Below, one piece after another: positions 35,988 to 41,254 of a stretch of DNA of 41,254 nt (positions are counted from its first letter, which is position 1; every line of letters starts with the position of its first letter). The stretch covers positions 1 through 41,254 of the forward strand of contig NW_021835305.1 of the NCBI RefSeq assembly GCF_006345805.1, given 5' to 3'. A model generated the notes under the pieces. It was not told where the DNA came from. It was given only the letters and a program-made list of their open reading frames with translations, and made no database searches. The DNA is from Octopus sinensis (taxonomy: Eukaryota). A program made the translations under genes and the position numbers.

Positions 35988-36209
35988 GTGTGTGTTCGTG
36001 TGTCTGTATTTGTCCCCAACATCGCTTGACAACTGACGCTGGTGTATTTATGTCCCCGTAACTTAGAGGTTCGGCAAAGATACCGAAAGAATAAGTACTG
36101 GGCCTACAAAAAATAAGTCCAGGGGTCGAGCTGCGCGACTAAAGGCGGTGCTCCTGCATGACCGTAGTCAAATGACTGAAACAAGTAAAAGAGTAAAAGA
36201 ATAAAAGAA
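35717..36209 (+). mobile_element. SINE family B, full length with expanded internal (TA)n
   Basis: Head gcaggagtggctgtgtggtaag, CORE-like domain, about 100 bp of TA repeat, and the family B tail. Confidence 0.92.
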
Positions 36210-36622
36210 TATATATATATATACACACACACGCACACAAAAGTAGATAGATAGAAATACACACACACACACACACCACATGCATATATATATATACAGA
36301 GACATATTGTGTGTGAGACAGAATGAGCTGGTGAGACATACATTCTGAGAAAGAGAGAACATTTCATTTTTTACACATTCATTTCCATCGAATGTATTCA
36401 CAATTCTCATTCTTTTATGTCTCTTTTGAGATTATTATTATTATTATTATCATTATTATTATTAGTTAGTAGTAGTAATAGTAGTAATAGTAGTAATAGT
36501 AGTAGTAGTTCTTTACTTCTGGTGCCGATGTATTCTTTGATATAGACACATAAATACATACATATGCATTTACATATATATGTGTGTGTGAATGTGTGTA
36601 ACTACGTTCATCTGTGTATGTG

Positions 36623-36661
<39 letters not shown>

Positions 36662-37219
36662 TATATATATATACATATACATCCACATATAATCAAACGC
36701 GAGCGCACACACACACACACATCTCTCTCTCTCTCTCTCTGTATATATATATATGTTTATGTAGGTAAGTACCTACATAAATTTTCGACTATTTTATTAT
36801 GTTGGCACGGAAGTTGGCGTGTGTAAAACCTTAATGTTGTCGAACAGAAAAATGATTTGTGTTTCAAACTGATCCGTGGTATTTACAATACAATTTTTGC
36901 AGGCGATTTCCATTATCTCGCATATTGTGTGTTTTTGCAATAGTTGTCTTTTTTACACACAGACACACACACGCACACATACATACATACATACTCACAC
37001 ACATGTACACACACATACAAATACAGGCATGGTCGTGTAGTAAACAAGGTTGGCTTGCAATCTGATGGTTTCGGGTTTAGACCGAGTTGTATGATTAAGA
37101 AAACTCCATCAAGTCGGTACCTTACCATGGCCTTATTCCAATGAATGAAAGAAGAGGTACCTGCACCCAACCCATTCATGCATATATATATATATATATA
37201 TAGAGGAGAGAGAGAGAGA

Positions 37220-37270
<51 letters not shown>

Positions 37271-38469
37271 TATAGATAGATAGATATAGAAGAGAGTTAG
37301 GAATATTAATTTAGCAGAGGGGTGATGTTCTGATAGTGAGATTAAAGTAAAGCAGAGAGAAAGAGAGACAGAAGAGAGAGAGAAAGAGTTCATAGCGGTG
37401 GTGGTGGTGGTGGTGGTGGTGGTGATGGTGGTGATGGTGAGTGCATAGTGCACAGTAATTTTATTTTTAATTGAACTAAGTATTTTTACATCACCTAAAA
37501 ATGTATATTGGCTCTGACCCATCGCCTTGGCTTGTAAGTTACCAACGATGTGGTTTTCAGAGTATGCCATGTTGCATTAAATTTTTACCCCCGTGACATT
37601 GTGACCCTTATATTTTACATATAAAATATTTTCTCCATTATAAAATTTTTGATATGTAGATATGAAATTGTGACCATGTAATTTTAAAATATAATTTTTT
37701 CTGTTTATGAGAAAATGGAAAGATAAGAGTGAATATATATTTTATGAGCGATCCGTATTAAGACTACAAAATTGTGCTTAAAGTGTATAAAGTATATATA
37801 TCTATAAAGTGCATTAAGTAAACATCGTATTCCAACTTCCTTCATTTTTCAATGAATTGCAGATGATACAGACACAATACAGGTTACATTTTCAGGGTTT
37901 TTGGATAAAATTTTCAGGAATAACCCAATTGGCGTACTATTATTTCGTGAAATATTCACGGGTCTTGCCAGTCGTTAATGATTTTAGTAGACTTTCGTAG
38001 TCTAACAGATACTGGATAAAAAGTTTGATCGTGGTGCGTGTTGTTATTACTTCATAGCAAAACAAGATCGGTATGATAGCCGTTAACAATATAACCGCAT
38101 TTTGCTTATATTCTGCTTAATGGTTGTCATCTTTAATCACTGAAAATCACAGGGTTTTGTGAGTGGTTTATATGCTACATATATCTTCTTTTTGGCGCTG
38201 TCACATTGCACTATTTTTATTGCATTCATCGGTGAAGGCAAAATTTTGTGATAGACTTTTGTCTATCAAAACATTTTGTGTATAGTTTAATAATGTTTTG
38301 TTATAAACTTTTACATCATGTTATGCGACGTTGTATGATTTAAGAGCATTGTGATAACACATTGCTGTCGTAGGTACGCGTTCTGAATGCAAAGTGTTTG
38401 AATGTTGTAGTAGTCTCCATATTATTAGAAGTGTATACACACATGCACATGGATGTGCATATATATATA

Positions 38470-38680
38470 TATAGCCATGTTGATTCGTTAGCTACTGCAC
38501 GCATTTTTTTCTCTCCTTCTTTCTGTTGTTTTTCTCTCTCTGTGTATCTTTCTGTTGAAGAGCGTAGCTCGAAACGTAAAGACTTGTTTTATTTATATTT
38601 CCTGAGCGCCATACTAATACAATTGTTCGCTTTTTCCACCTGCCTTCGTCTTTTGTTTATTTTCATAAAGCTTCCCGTTA
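38470..38680 (+). mobile_element. Penelope-like terminal element (U6-hammerhead family)
   Basis: tcttt-ctgttga-a-gagc-gta-gctc-gaaa-cg-ta-aaga at 38547-38582, flanked by (TA)n. Confidence 0.6.
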
Positions 38681-38719
<39 letters not shown>

Positions 38720-38720
38720 G

Positions 38721-38787
<67 letters not shown>

Positions 38788-38792
38788 GATAT

Positions 38793-38823
<31 letters not shown>

Positions 38824-38904
38824 TAATATATATATATTATATATATATAAAAAATATTATATATATATATATGCATATATATATGTATATATATGCATAT
38901 ATGA

Positions 38905-39550
38905 GTACAGGTCGTCACCAACTGTGTAAACAACATGAAGTACAAAAACAAACGAGTTAAATACGCAAACAACGAGAGAAAAAATGAAAAACAGGAGAAG
39001 TTAAAAATGAACACAAAGAATGACTCTTCATCAGTTGTCGACTGTCTATCTACTCCTCATTTCGAGGATTCAACGACGATATGTGTCTTCGAAAGACAGT
39101 TGGATTCATAAATTCCAAAATACAATTTTGTATTTATGATGGGTCAAAGCTGGGAAAAAACAGGACAGTGGAGACATACAAGGAAAACCGAACGAAGACA
39201 AACATGGATGGATGTTAGCCTAGAACGAGAGGAAAATAGTGGACGCTGGGAGAAATATTTTCTTTGAAAAGAGAAAAGATAGAAGAGAGAGATAGAAGAC
39301 GTCTAGTCCTTAGAATGTCGTGCAGATCATGTGAAGGAAAGAAAGATGAATGATGGTCACGATTGAGCAACGAGAGAGAGAAAAAGAGAAGGAAGCGGAG
39401 AGAGAGAGAGAGAGAGAGAGAGATAAAACGGTGAAGGGGAGAAAAGGGGAATTAGAAGAGGATGAGGAGAAACCAGAATAGTGTACAGGCGCATCAAAAA
39501 GGTTAAGATAAACTTACTTGGAAATGGATGCCTTTCGCACAATTAAATAA
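38905..39550 (-). mobile_element. Non-autonomous element family P2 (probably Penelope-derived)
   Basis: Unique segment between microsatellites, with a T-rich minus-strand 3' end like family P1 and a permuted hammerhead motif. Confidence 0.5.
39018..39085 (-). ncRNA. Candidate non-circularly permuted hammerhead ribozyme (family P2)
   Basis: CACA-UA^-UCGUCG-uu-GAAUcCUC-GAAA-UGAG-(15 nt)-CGACAA-CUGAUGA-A-GAGucAUUC. There is one mismatch each in stems I and III. Confidence 0.55.
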
Positions 39551-39562
39551 TATATAAGGTAA

Positions 39563-39631
<69 letters not shown>

Positions 39632-40085
39632 TTGAAGTAAACTGATTCATATTCTCCAAATATAATGGATTAATTGTACAGTGAAAATTTATCAAGCATT
39701 CCAAGTTTCTCCATTTCAGGTTCCTTGATCAAAGAACTTAAAAATTACTTGCAAATATAGAAGACATACACATGGACACTAACAGTGAATTGACCACCCA
39801 CACTTGTAAGCTATGCTGACATGCACATCCACTGAAGGAACACAACTTTAACTGCACACTGACACACGCACACAGTTAGACACACAAATACACACACACA
39901 AATACATACACACACAGACGTACATACAGACATATTTGAATACACCAATCAATTCTTATATCGGCAAGATTCGAGTGCTGCCTGGGTTTAAACAAAAGAG
40001 CCTTGACCCTTTATTAACAGCCGGCTTGAGTTCTGCAATGATAAAAAAACAACTTGAATAAACCCGAAAGAAATACAATATACAT

Positions 40086-40117
<32 letters not shown>

Positions 40118-40127
40118 GTATAAATGC

Positions 40128-40373
40128 GGAGGCGCGTGGCTTAGTGGTTAGGGTGTCAGCACCATGATCGTAAGATTGTGGTTTCTATTCCTGGACCGGG
40201 CGACGCGTTTTGTTCTTGAGCAAAACACTTCATTTCACATTGCTTCAGTCAACTCAGCTGGCAAAAATGAATAACGCTGCGATAGACTGGTGTCTCGTCC
40301 AGCTGGGGGGAACACATACGCCATAAAAACCGAGAAACCGGGCCCAAGAGCCTGGCTAGGCTTGAAAAGGGCG
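40128..40373 (+). mobile_element. SINE family C, full length
   Basis: Highly similar to 30827-31080. Confidence 0.9.
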
Positions 40374-40435
40374 ACGTTTATATGTGTATAAATATATACA
40401 TATATGTATACGCACATATACATATCATATATCAT

Positions 40436-40469
<34 letters not shown>

Positions 40470-40474
40470 CATGT

Positions 40475-40900
40475 CGATCGTTGGCGATTTTTTTCCTCCG
40501 TCTTCCTTTTCTCTTGGACTTTCCACCGTCTCCTGTTCTTAACGAAGGGCTTAGCTCGAAACGTAAAACTACCTTTCTTTCCTTCCCTGAGCGTCTACTA
40601 ATATATTTCTTTACTGCCCACAAGGGGCTAAACACAGGGGGGACAAACAAGGACAGACAAACGGATTAAGTCGGTTATATCGACCCCAGTGCGTAACTGG
40701 TAGTTATTTAATCGACCCCGAAAGGATGAAAGGCGAAGTCGACCACGGCGGAATTTGAACTCAGAGCGTAACGGCAGACGAAATACAGCTACGCATTTCG
40801 CCCGGCGTGCTAACAATTCTGCCAGCTTGCCGCCTGAGTATCTACTAATACTTTGCATGTACCACGTCCTCGCGTTGTTGTTTTTTCTTCTGTTTGTTTA
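40475..40900 (+). mobile_element. Penelope-like terminal element with decayed hammerhead, interrupted by a SINE
   Basis: taacga-a-gggc-tta-gctc-gaaa-cg-ta at about 40540-40565. The ctgagcg..ctaata motif is shared with the U6 family. Confidence 0.5.
40604..40834 (-). mobile_element. SINE family A, full-length monomer with TSD
   Basis: Complete head to tail. TSD tgag(cg/ta)tctactaata at 40588-40603 and 40835-40850. Confidence 0.92.
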
Positions 40901-41254
40901 TCGCTTTCTTTTAGATTAACTATGTATGCATGTATATGTATATATATATATGTAAATACACGTGTGTGTCGGTATGCATGTAGACATATAGACACACATG
41001 CACAAGCACATGTGGTTAGTTTTCCCTGGTTTAATATTGTAGTTTACATAGTTGATTGGATTTTAATGAAGCAAGCAATTTAGTCATCTACTCAAATACA
41101 CATGCATATTTATGAAGGTGCGTACATTTCTCTACACACGCGCACACGTTTGTATGCATGTACCAAGCATATATACATATATGTGTAGTATGTATGTATG
41201 TACTATATAGTATGCCTATATATATATATATATTATATATATATATATAATATA

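Noticed and set aside
36756-36781. Perfect short palindrome tttatgtaggta-ag-tacctacataaa, and an 11-bp inverted repeat at 27421-27454
   Set aside because: Both are isolated and short, with no supporting context such as Helitron ends or miRNA-length arms.

Overview
This is a repeat-dominated animal genomic window with no convincing host protein-coding gene; almost every listed ORF is a microsatellite or SINE artefact. The SINE families and extreme microsatellite load resemble octopus DNA, which is an inference. It contains about 20 copies or fragments of four tRNA-derived SINE families (my labels A-D) and decayed Ty3/gypsy, R4-type, CR1-group and Penelope-like (GIY-YIG) retroelement fragments. 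The main signal is a set of small non-autonomous elements carrying hammerhead ribozyme (HHR) motifs, mostly inserted at (TA)n. These are: (1) a 465-nt tandem unit with two canonical type I HHRs and a 5' inversion (retrozyme or Penelope pLTR-like, 4094-4950); (2) two unrelated families with a non-circularly permuted, pseudoknotted HHR of the same topology (396-461, 21556-21621, 39018-39085); (3) a family with a shared U6 core variant; (4) a tRNA-headed element with an HHR tail. All structures were paired by eye, and most element boundaries are approximate.
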